The translations under genes were made by a program, and so were the position numbers. A stretch of 63,478 nucleotides of DNA, filler included. It is 6 parts of 6 records of this genome, joined end to end, with 100 filler letters (N's around TTAATTAATTAA, not from the genome) between each part and the next. Parts side by side here need not be neighbours in the genome. Positions count along the whole stretch, not along the records: positions 48,184 to 58,336 come from SRR20825006_1886; positions 58,437 to 63,478 come from SRR20825006_1983; 4 more parts are not named here. One strand, 5' to 3'. The notes beneath the pieces were generated by a model. That model was not told the origin of the DNA. It saw only the letters and a program-made list of their open reading frames with translations, and ran no database searches. Below, piece after piece: positions 51,670 through 61,450 of the stretch (position 1 is the stretch's first letter; each line of letters begins with the position of its first letter).

Positions 51670-52623
51670 ATGCGTATCGCCATTCTTGACGATTATCAGA
51701 ACCTTGCCCTGCAATCCGCCAATTGGTCGGAAGTTCTATCCTTTAGCGAGATCACGGTTTTCAATGACACAATCACCAAACAAGACGATTTACGTTCCCG
51801 GTTAGAACCGTTTGATGTGATCTGCGTCATGCGCGAAAGAACCCCGTTTTCGGGTGAGCTTATCGGTGCACTTCCGAACCTGAAACTGATTGTCACGACC
51901 GGCAAACGCAATGCCGCAATCGATGTTGCTGCGGCAACCAAACTGGGGATCACGGTTTGCGGGACAGATTCCCCGTCGACAGCGACGCCTGAGCTTACCT
52001 TTGCCTTGATGTTGGGTTTGGCACGCAACCTCGTTCCTGAAAACGCGTCAATGCGTAGCGGCGGCTGGCAAGTCGGTCTTGGGCAAGATCTTGCCGGATC
52101 AACACTTGGCATCATCGGGCTGGGGCGATTGGGTGCAAATGTAGCCAAGATTGCACAGGCCTTTGGCATGCATGTCACGGCCTGGAGCACAAACTTAACT
52201 CAGGATCGCTGCGATGAAATTGGCGTTGAGTTCAAAGACAGTAAAGAAGCCCTGTTGCGCGACGCCGATTTTGTCACCATCCATCAACGGCTGTCTGATA
52301 GAACACGGGGGTTGATCGGCAACGAAGAATTCAAGAAAATGAAGTCGAGTGCCTATCTGATCAATACATCGCGCGGGCCGATTATCGATGATGTTGCATT
52401 GATTGATGCGATAAATTCCGGTGAAATCGCCGGTGCAGGCATTGATGTCTATGACATTGAACCGCTGCCACCCTCCCACCCGTTGCGCCAATGCGAGGGG
52501 CTATTACTTACACCGCATCTTGGCTATGTCACACAACATACTTGGGAGGTATTTTACGGCCAAACCGCCACGGCCATTGCCGCATGGATTAATGGCAGGC
52601 CACATGGCGTCATCACGTCCTGA
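51670..52623 (+). CDS. D-2-hydroxyacid dehydrogenase family protein
   Basis: MRIAILDDYQ, MRERTPF, NAAID, GIIGLGRLG, INTSRGPII, DVYDIEPLP, TPHLGYV. Confidence 0.93.
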   Translation: MRIAILDDYQNLALQSANWSEVLSFSEITVFNDTITKQDDLRSRLEPFDVICVMRERTPFSGELIGALPNLKLIVTTGKRNAAIDVAAATKLGITVCGTDSPSTATPELTFALMLGLARNLVPENASMRSGGWQVGLGQDLAGSTLGIIGLGRLGANVAKIAQAFGMHVTAWSTNLTQDRCDEIGVEFKDSKEALLRDADFVTIHQRLSDRTRGLIGNEEFKKMKSSAYLINTSRGPIIDDVALIDAINSGEIAGAGIDVYDIEPLPPSHPLRQCEGLLLTPHLGYVTQHTWEVFYGQTATAIAAWINGRPHGVITS

Positions 52624-52903
52624 CGACTGGCGATACGGCCCTGCAATTACCATCGGCAAAATTCATGATATTTCCCGCATGACTTTTGTCCGCACGGGTT
52701 CCAACTAAAAATTGCAAATAACCATTAAACTTTAACTTATTTTTTTACACCTGCACTTGAAAACAAGGTAGGAACAACGTCATATTCGGTACTGAAGGCT
52801 GACGGGGAAATCAATTAGATCAACGCAATAGAAAAATGAACGAGCACATTAATCGCGTTTGAGAAATTTTGATTTTAGGTACAGCGTTTGAAGGGGCCAG
52901 ACG

Positions 52904-55900
52904 TTGCAAAAGAAAGAAGTAAATCAGCTGGCGACGCGGGCGGATACGAAACACTATCCTCTCACGTCACCTCAAGCTGCCATTTGGCTCGATCTGGCCA
53001 AAGGCCGTGATCCTGCACAATATAATGTGTGCAATATTCTCGAGTTTGACGGCGATCTCGACATTGCCTTGTTGCACCAAGCCATCGCCCAAAGTGATCG
53101 CGAAAATGATGCTCTGCGGCTGCGCTTTTCAAACCACGAAGGCCAGATCACGCAATTCTTTGCCGATGAATGCCTCCCAACCGATTTTGATGTCATTGAT
53201 CTACAATCCTCTGATGATCCAAATGCCGCGGCCTTGGTCGAAGTCAGGGCCTTGCAAAGCAGACAGCTTTCTTTTGAAACTGGCGAAAACTGTCGCCATC
53301 GGCTGTTGCAGTTAAGCAAAAAGCTTTTCTGGTGGGTCCGCGTTTATCATCACATTGTGATTGACGGTTATGCCGGTCATTTGATCGCCGAACGGGTTGC
53401 GTCGATCTATAACGCACTTCAAACAAAGACAGCCATTCCCAACTGCCCGTTTCATTCCTACCGCACTTTCGTTGAAGCTGACGCCACCTATGCGAACAGC
53501 CCCGCATATCAACGTGATCTGACCTATTGGCGCGACCGCCTGACACCTGACAAGCAACCATCGCAATTCTCGGCCCGTCCAACCCCCAAGACGCAAAAAA
53601 ATGCGCAATTTACACGCATGTTGGACAGCGAAACACTGCAGGCACTGCAGAACGTGTCGCGCGCATTTGGCATGTCATCCGCGGCAATGACGATGAGCAT
53701 TTTTGCCATCTTGCTTGGACGGATTACACATCAAAATCATCCTGTCTGGAATATGCCAATCCTTAACCGGCTTGGAAAGGCAGAACGAAACACGCCGGGC
53801 ACATTCACCTGTGTTGTGCCCTATGATGTTAATTTGGATGAACACAAAAGTTTATCGGAATTAGGCAAAGCCATCCTTGCCAAAACCCGCGGTGATCTTC
53901 GCCATGCCCGGATAACCCCAGTACGTTTGCGTATGGCAAATCTTGGCGTGAAAAGCCTTTCTGCATCTGGTGCCCTGTTCAACAGTCTTGATGCGGCGAA
54001 ACCGATTACGTTTGCCGGTCTCTCAACCCGGTTCATTAACATTCAGGTCGGCCCGGCAAGTGACATCAACCTCGCATTCTTTAGCGAAACCAGCGCCCCA
54101 AACAACTCAAGAGCTGAATTGATCTGGCAATTCGATGCCAATCGCATTGATGAGCAGGCCGTCACACAGATTGCCGATCAGTTTGAACTGATCCTTGCAT
54201 CGGTATTGGCAAATCCCGATCAAGATATCGACACCATTGGCAGTGCTGTTGATATTGATCAGGAAAGCCTTGGTCTAACGGGCCAGACACTCGGCACGCC
54301 ATCCATCCCGTCCCGCCCTGCAGTCACGACAGAACTCGTTTCGCAGGATGAAAAGCAGCTTGCCGCTGATATCACCCGAATCTGGACCGGATTGATCAGG
54401 AATGACGATATTGGGCCAGACGATAATGTTATCGAAGCGGGGGCGCATTCACTGTTGCTGCCGCGTGCTCAATATGCGCTGTCGCAACGAATTGGGCGTG
54501 ATATTTCGCTGGATGAAATTGTTGAAAACCCGACCATAAACGCCCTGACAAGGCATATCTGCGATACCTATTCCGATATCAAGACCGTATTGGCCAATGC
54601 CGATCAAGATATAGACGCGGCAAACGGCCTAGCGCGCACAAACACTGTTGATATCGCGCGCCACCGTATTGCTGAAATTACCTCGCATGATCGCCAACAG
54701 CTTGTTGCAGACATTACCGGCATCTGGGCCGGATTGCTTGAATATGATGATATCGGGCCGGACGACAATCTGATCGAAGCAGGGGCACATTCGATGCTTC
54801 TGCCCCGCGTACAGTATGAGATTTCGCAACTTTTCGGGATTGAATTGTCCCTGCTTGAGATTGTCGAATGCGCAACAATTAACGCCATCGCAGATCGTAT
54901 CTGTGACACCTACCCCAATTTCAAGACCGTCCGTGACAGTGCCATTTCTGCCGCCCTCGTGTCAGAAGATGCACATGCTTCCGATCCATTTTTGGCAAAA
55001 AAACTGCCTGTCATCTGGCCAAATGGCCTTCACATATTGCCGTTCAGCGCCACGACCCGCAATGAACTCGACAAAATCACAGAACAGGCTTGTGCACAAC
55101 TCAGTGACGATGGGGCAACTGACCGGCTCACCATTCTGGCGACGCAACTGGCAGCCGCCGCGGCCTATCCAGAACGTGTAGCGATCGTTGCGAACGATAC
55201 GGCATCAGCCATCGACGCGCTTACGTCCAATCGCTCGACAAGGCGCATTGACGCGAGCCTTTCGGGTGATGCTGTCAAAACCTTTTTGCTGTTTCCCGGA
55301 CAAGGATCGCAACGTCCGGGAATGGCACGTGCGCTGTTTGACGTCGACCCGGATTGCGCAAAACTGATTAATCTCGCCTGCAAGAAAGTTGCCGGTTTTT
55401 CCGGGCCGGTTGACCTGCGTGATTTGCTTTTATCGCCAGATCAAACACCGGCTGAAACAGCAAAGCTTGCTGGCACCGACTATGCCCAGCCAGCTTTGTT
55501 TATCTTTGAATATGCGCTTGCAAGCTGGCTGATGCTGTTTGGCGTCACACCATCAGGTCTGGCTGGACATAGTATCGGTGAATATGTTGCAGCCTGCATT
55601 GCAGGCGTCATGTCCTTTGAAGATGCGCTGCGCCTTGTTGTGATGCGCGGCAAGTTGATGAGTCAAACGGCACCCGGTGCGATGTATGCCCTTTCCATGC
55701 CCGAAGAGGAGGTCACAGGTCTTCTGGCACAATTTGGCCCGGGACTTTCTTTGGCCGCGAAAAACGGACCGCGCCAGCATGTGATTTCCGGTGATATTGC
55801 ATCGGTTGATCGCCTTGAAAACCAACTGAAGGCTGCCGGAAAAACTGGCAAACGTCTGATGGTTTCGCGTGCTTTCCATTCTGATCTGATGAACCCGATC

Positions 55901-58336
55901 CTCGCGGCATTTCGTGACGAATTTGCATCTATCACCCTGCATCCACCGCAAATCCCGATCCAGTCGAACCTGACGGGGGCATGGCTGACGGATGAAGATG
56001 CGACAAATCCCGACTATTGGATGCGTCATTTGCGTCATGGCGTCCGGTTTGCAGATAACATTGACGGCCTTTTGTCATCCTCGCCCGACGCCTTGTTTAT
56101 CGAATGCGGTCCGGGCAATACGGCGACCCGTCTGGCGGCTGTAAACGGCGTCAAGGTAGAACAGTGCATTGCCCTGCAACCTGCCTCAAACCCCGAAAGC
56201 ATGGAGCAGAAAATATTTGCGGGACAGGATGCGCTGGCCCTTGGTCTTGCTGCTATCTGGGCAAAGGGGACTGCGTTTGCGGCATCTCCCGAAAATGCGA
56301 TCCCCACGTCAAAAGCCCCCCCACTTCGGCATGTCAGCACGCAAAAGCGGGAAGTTGGCCCCTCAGGTACCACGGATGGTGCAAAGCCCGGCCCCATCAT
56401 TGCGACTTTCCCGGCCCATCCCGCAGTCGAAGGGCAATGGTTGGCCCGTCGCGATAAGCCCGCAGACAACAGCCATCACATTATTGTCAGCTTCCGCTTG
56501 CCGCAAAATACCAGTTTTGAGGATGCAAAACGCGCCCTTGAGCAGGTCATAGACCGCAATGACGCCCTGCGTTCCACATTTGACGAACACCAAGGCCAGC
56601 TCCTGCAGCGCGTCCACGCCACGATGCCGGTCCCGATCGGCCGACTAAATCGCGTTGAAGATATCCGAATTGGCCTGTTTGATCTGCGCACCGGCCCCTT
56701 AGCCCGATTTGGCTATGTTGAACAAAGCAGTTCGCGGCCGTCGCTTTTGGCACTTGCCATTGACCACATGTGCTTTGACGGACAATCCACCGCGATGCTG
56801 GAGCGCGCGTTTCTCGACGCGCTAGACGGCATTGAGAAACCCCGTCCTGAAACGGCACAATCAGTTGCCGAACGCAGACATAAAGATTTGGCTGGCATCC
56901 GCGGGCAATCTGGAAAGAATTTCTGGAAAGAACACAGTGAATTGCTACTGGCACCCCCATTGCCCGGCGGATCGGATGCGACACATCCCGGCCATTCCAC
57001 CCGTCTGTTTAAAAAGCTGAGCGACGAACAGGTTGACGCCTTTACAACGCTCTCGCGCCGCATCAAAAGCGCCACGCCAACGGCGATCTGGAACGCGCTT
57101 ATCATGGCCGTAATTGCAAGGCACAAGGAACATAACATCGCGGTTCTCGGGCAGCCGTTTTCCGGGCGGCATGGTCGAGACGACCAACAGGTCATCGGTT
57201 GCTTTGCCAACGTTTTGCCAATTGCGATCAAGCTCGACATGCAAGCAGGTTTTGATGTGTTGGTCGGTAATGTTGGCCGTGAAATGCTGTCGATGCTTGA
57301 TGTGCAGGATTATCCGTTATCGCATGTGATCAAAGACCTGTCACAGAAGGCACAGGCGCCGGTCAATCTGCCGTTTGACGCGGTCAGCACCATCGAATTC
57401 AACGAAAATATTGACGACATAAGCGATATTGATTTTGGGGCGGGAAAGTTCCCCTTGATGGCAACACTTCTTAAATGTGGTGCCGGATCATTTATCGTCA
57501 TTGAACATCAAACGTCGCTATATGGCCCTCGATGGGCGGAACGATTTGCCGAACGACTGGTCTCGTTCCTTGGCAAACTGGCCAAAGAACCAGGAAAACC
57601 ACTAGGCGAAATTGATATTCTGCCCGATGAAGAACGGCAGATTTTGATCGAAGACCTCAACGCGACACATTCCCGATATCCACGTGACACGGGACTTGGC
57701 GAATTGCTGGCACGGCGCATTCAAGACCCGACATGTGCCAACCGCATCGCGATTGACGATGGCAAAACCAAAATCAGTTACCCCGAACTCGGAAGTCTTC
57801 TTTCCAGATTGGCGCGCAAGCTTGATGAAATCGGTGTCCAACCCGGTCAAACTGTTGCCCTTGCAACAGAACGCAATATGGATGCGGTTATCGCCCTGCT
57901 AGCGCTGGTCTGGCATGGCAATGTCTATCTTCCCATCGACAAATCCCTGCCGGCAAAGGCGATTGCCGATCTGATGGAAGAATGCGGCGCCAAAACGCTT
58001 CTGTGCAGCCCGCATGAACAAGACCGATTGGCGGAACTTTCGACACGTTTCACCCTTGCCCCGCTACCGACCGCAGACATGGATGCGGACACAGACGCAA
58101 CAACAGCCAAATTCAACCTCCCTGCGAAACGGTTGGGGGATGACCTTGCTTATGTCATGTTTACATCCGGATCGACGGGCAAACCAAAAGGCGTTCTGGT
58201 GCCCAACCGGGCCGTTGCCCGCCTTGTTGTGAACAACCCCGCTTTGCCATTTGATGAAAACGACGTCGTAGCACAAGCCGCGTCCCTTGGCTTTGATGCG
58301 GCAACGCTTGAAATCTGGGCACCGCTTCTGAATGGC
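52904..58336 (+). CDS. Hybrid NRPS with domain order C-T-T-AT-C-A (3' truncated)
   Basis: C1 HHIVIDG (53348); T1 GAHSL (Ser 54449); T2 GAHSM (Ser 54791); AT FPGQGSQ, GHSIG (Ser 55571), RAFHS; C2 DHMCFDG (56762); A YVMFTSGSTGKPKG, FDAATLEIW. Confidence 0.9.
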
Positions 58337-58436
58337 NNNNNNNNNNNNNNNNNNNNNNNNNNNNNNNNNNNNNNNNNNNNTTAATTAATTAANNNNNNNN
58401 NNNNNNNNNNNNNNNNNNNNNNNNNNNNNNNNNNNN
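58337..58436. other. Artificial contig spacer
   Basis: N-run with TTAATTAATTAA. Confidence 0.99.
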
Positions 58437-60884
58437 GTGTACCGTAAAGCATGGAAAATGTGGGGCGGTGGTCCAGATAGTAAACTTTGGAAGTCCACAG
58501 ATGGTGGAGAAACCTGGACAGACCTCACCGAAAATCCAGGGATGCCCGAAGGCCCGATCGGTAAGATTGGGGTAACGGTTTCCCCAGCAGATTCTAACAG
58601 GGTTTGGGCCATTGTAGAGGCCAATGAAGGCGGTGTTTTCCGTTCCGATGACGCTGGCAAGACGTGGGAACTCACCAACAACGAACGTAAACTGAGACAA
58701 CGTGCCTTTTACTATTCCAGAATTTATGCCGATCCCAAAGACAAAGATGTGGTGTATGGCCTAAATGTAGGATTCTTTAAATCCACCGATGGAGGAAAAA
58801 CATTTGACGAAAAAATTAACACCCCACATAGCGACAACCATGATCTGTGGATCGACCCAAACGACCCTGATAGAATGATCAGTTCCAATGACGGAGGTGG
58901 CGTGGTAAGCATCAACGGAGGAAAAACCTGGACCGAACAGGACTATCCAACCTCGCAGTTTTATCATGTAATGGCCACTAGCGATGTTCCGTATCACGTG
59001 GCAGGTGCCCAGCAGGACAACTCTACCTTGGCCATGCCAAGCGAAGGATGGGACTTTATGCAAGCAAGGGGGCCAAGTTCCGAATGGTACTACGCCGTTG
59101 GTGGCGGGGAAAGTGGTTGGATCACACAAAGTCCGACCAACCCCGATATTTTTTATGCAGGAAGCCAAGGAGCACTTTTGACAAGGTATGACCGAAGCAA
59201 TGGTCAGACCAGAGATATTCAAGTATATCCCCGATTTTTCTCTGGTGAACCTGCAAGTGCCCTTCCCGAGCGTTGGCAATGGACGTTCCCCATTATGTTC
59301 GCTCCCAAAGACCCCAATGTAATGTACACCTGCTCCCAACACGTTTGGAAAACAACAAATGATGGACAGACATGGAAAAAAATCAGTCCGGACCTTACCT
59401 ATGCCGACCCGGAAACCTTGGGCAAGACGGGGGGTATTTTAACCATGGACATGAACGGACCAGAGATTTATGCCACCGTATTCGCTTTGGCTCCATCCCA
59501 TCACGACATCAACACCATTTGGGCAGGTTCTGACGACGGCAAAATTCACATCACAAGAGATGGTGGTGAAAACTGGGAGGATATTACCCCAGAAAATCTA
59601 CCAAAATATTCAAGGGTGAGCATTATTGAAGAGTCCATCCACAATCCTGGAACTTTATATGTGGCGGCCAACAGATACCAAGTGGATGACAGGGCGCCCT
59701 ACGTTTTTAAAACACACGATTACGGAAAAACCTGGACCAAGATCATTACAGGAATAAAAGACGGTCACTTTGCCAGGGCAATCCGTGAAGACCATAAAAG
59801 AGAAGGACTACTGTTTTTGGGGACCGAACACGGAGTGTATTTTTCCATAAACGATGGTGCCGAATGGCAGTCGCTTCAATTGAACTTGCCCGATACCCCG
59901 ATCAGGGATTTGGTGATCAAGGACAACGATGTGGTTCTGGGCTCCCACGGCAGGGGATTTTGGATCTTGGACGACATTCAGCCTTTTAGGGAGTATTCAG
60001 AAGATTTAAAAAGTGAAAAAAATGTCTTGTTCAAACCCTCCGATGCCATCAGAGGTATTTACAACGCCAATTTCCAGTACTATTTGGAAAAAGAGGTGGA
60101 TACAGTCACCTTTTCTATTTTCGATGCTAACAATAACCTCATCGAATCCTTTGGCGGCAACAAACCAAAATATGAAGATTCTGGCGAATCTTCCTGGTGG
60201 AGCCGTTTTAGCAGTACCAAGCCCACTACGGCAAAAGGCATCAACACTTTTACTTGGAACTTGAGGTATCCTGGACCCACTACTTTTGATGGTATCATTA
60301 TTTGGGGAGCTTCGGCCACCACAGGACCAAAAGCACCACTGGGCACCTATACCGTGCAAATGAAGGTGGGCCCTGAAGTCATCAAAAGCTATCCATTTAA
60401 AATTGAAATGGACCCCAACTTGAAAGGGATTACAGCGGAAGACCTTCAAAAGCAATTTGAATTGGCTTCCAAAATCACCAAGAAAGCGACCATCGCCAAC
60501 GAAGCGGTCATTCAAATAAGAAGCATCCGCAAACAATTGGATAGTTTGGGCAAGGGGATTTCCAGTAGAAAGTTCACAAAGCTAACTGAAGATTTCATGG
60601 AGACCTTGACCGAAATCGAGAATGATCTTTATCAAACCAAAAACCAATCAGGACAAGACCCATTGAACTTCCCCATCAAATTGAACAATAGGTTCAATGC
60701 CCTGCAGAGAAGTATTGAAAACGGGGACGCCAGACCAACGGATGCCGCTTATGTGGTATACGATGAACTTGTTGCCGAGTTGGAGACTCACATGGCCAAA
60801 CTGAACAGCACATTGGATAAAGAGCTTCCAAAAGTGAATGCTGTTTTGGAAGAAAACGGAATTTCAACCATCAAGGCCCAATAG
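58437..60884 (+). CDS. BNR/Asp-box (VPS10-like) beta-propeller protein, putative glycosyl hydrolase (5' truncated)
   Basis: Many S/TxDGGxTW repeats, RQRAFYYS, DNHDLWIDP, GGGESG, SHGRGFWILDD; C-terminal coiled region QDPLNFPIKLNN. Confidence 0.88.
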   Translation: MYRKAWKMWGGGPDSKLWKSTDGGETWTDLTENPGMPEGPIGKIGVTVSPADSNRVWAIVEANEGGVFRSDDAGKTWELTNNERKLRQRAFYYSRIYADPKDKDVVYGLNVGFFKSTDGGKTFDEKINTPHSDNHDLWIDPNDPDRMISSNDGGGVVSINGGKTWTEQDYPTSQFYHVMATSDVPYHVAGAQQDNSTLAMPSEGWDFMQARGPSSEWYYAVGGGESGWITQSPTNPDIFYAGSQGALLTRYDRSNGQTRDIQVYPRFFSGEPASALPERWQWTFPIMFAPKDPNVMYTCSQHVWKTTNDGQTWKKISPDLTYADPETLGKTGGILTMDMNGPEIYATVFALAPSHHDINTIWAGSDDGKIHITRDGGENWEDITPENLPKYSRVSIIEESIHNPGTLYVAANRYQVDDRAPYVFKTHDYGKTWTKIITGIKDGHFARAIREDHKREGLLFLGTEHGVYFSINDGAEWQSLQLNLPDTPIRDLVIKDNDVVLGSHGRGFWILDDIQPFREYSEDLKSEKNVLFKPSDAIRGIYNANFQYYLEKEVDTVTFSIFDANNNLIESFGGNKPKYEDSGESSWWSRFSSTKPTTAKGINTFTWNLRYPGPTTFDGIIIWGASATTGPKAPLGTYTVQMKVGPEVIKSYPFKIEMDPNLKGITAEDLQKQFELASKITKKATIANEAVIQIRSIRKQLDSLGKGISSRKFTKLTEDFMETLTEIENDLYQTKNQSGQDPLNFPIKLNNRFNALQRSIENGDARPTDAAYVVYDELVAELETHMAKLNSTLDKELPKVNAVLEENGISTIKAQ

Positions 60885-60921
60885 GGCCTGATGGTTTTTA
60901 AAAATCAGACTCATTCTAAAT

Positions 60922-60929
60922 TAAGTTTG
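60922..60929 (+). promoter_or_regulatory. Possible Bacteroidota -7 promoter element
   Basis: TAAGTTTG matches TAnnTTTG, 45 nt upstream of the His-rich ORF; no clear -33 TTTG. Confidence 0.35.
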
Positions 60930-60974
60930 GTCATCTATGGTGCCGCGTATTATTCTTAATTTTACGTTGTCAGG

Positions 60975-61373
60975 ATGAATAAAATTATCACCATAGGGAT
61001 ATCCCTGCTCATTCTGCTCCAAGGAGCCAACATTCATTTTAAGGATTTGGTGGAACTTGGGCAACTTTTTGAGCATTACCAGTTCCACAATGAGGAATAT
61101 GGTGATGACTTTACGGTCTTTGTTTCCAAACACTACGGAGAACTCAAAGCTTCGCACAGCGAAAAGCACCAAGAAGAGCAAAAAGAGCATGAAAAATTGC
61201 CTTTTCAGCATCAATCCCATTGTTCGCAACCGCATGTTTTTGTTCTTGGAGCGGATAATTTTATCAATTCCCGTTCTGAAATTCCAGTTACAGAAAAAGG
61301 AAATTTCCACTATCAAATATCGTATTCCCATATTTGGGGAGACAACCCTTTTCAACCGCCCAAACACGCATAA
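60975..61373 (+). CDS. His-rich exported small protein, putative metal-sensing leader of cusA
   Basis: 132 aa; N-terminal signal/TM; 13 His including HQSHC; ends FQPPKHA. Confidence 0.8.
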   Translation: MNKIITIGISLLILLQGANIHFKDLVELGQLFEHYQFHNEEYGDDFTVFVSKHYGELKASHSEKHQEEQKEHEKLPFQHQSHCSQPHVFVLGADNFINSRSEIPVTEKGNFHYQISYSHIWGDNPFQPPKHA

Positions 61374-61449
61374 TTCATAGTATTTCAGCTTTGCTGAACA
61401 CTTCTATCAAGCCTTATTCTATTTAATAATGCTATCATACTCTATGAAT
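61373..61449 (+). promoter_or_regulatory. Intergenic RNA stem predicted to mask the cusA initiation region
   Basis: ATTCATAG (61373-61380) is complementary to CTATGAAT (61442-61449), ending 2 nt before ATG 61451; inner hairpin TTCAGC-TTT-GCTGAA (61384-61398). Confidence 0.6.
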
Positions 61450-61450
61450 C

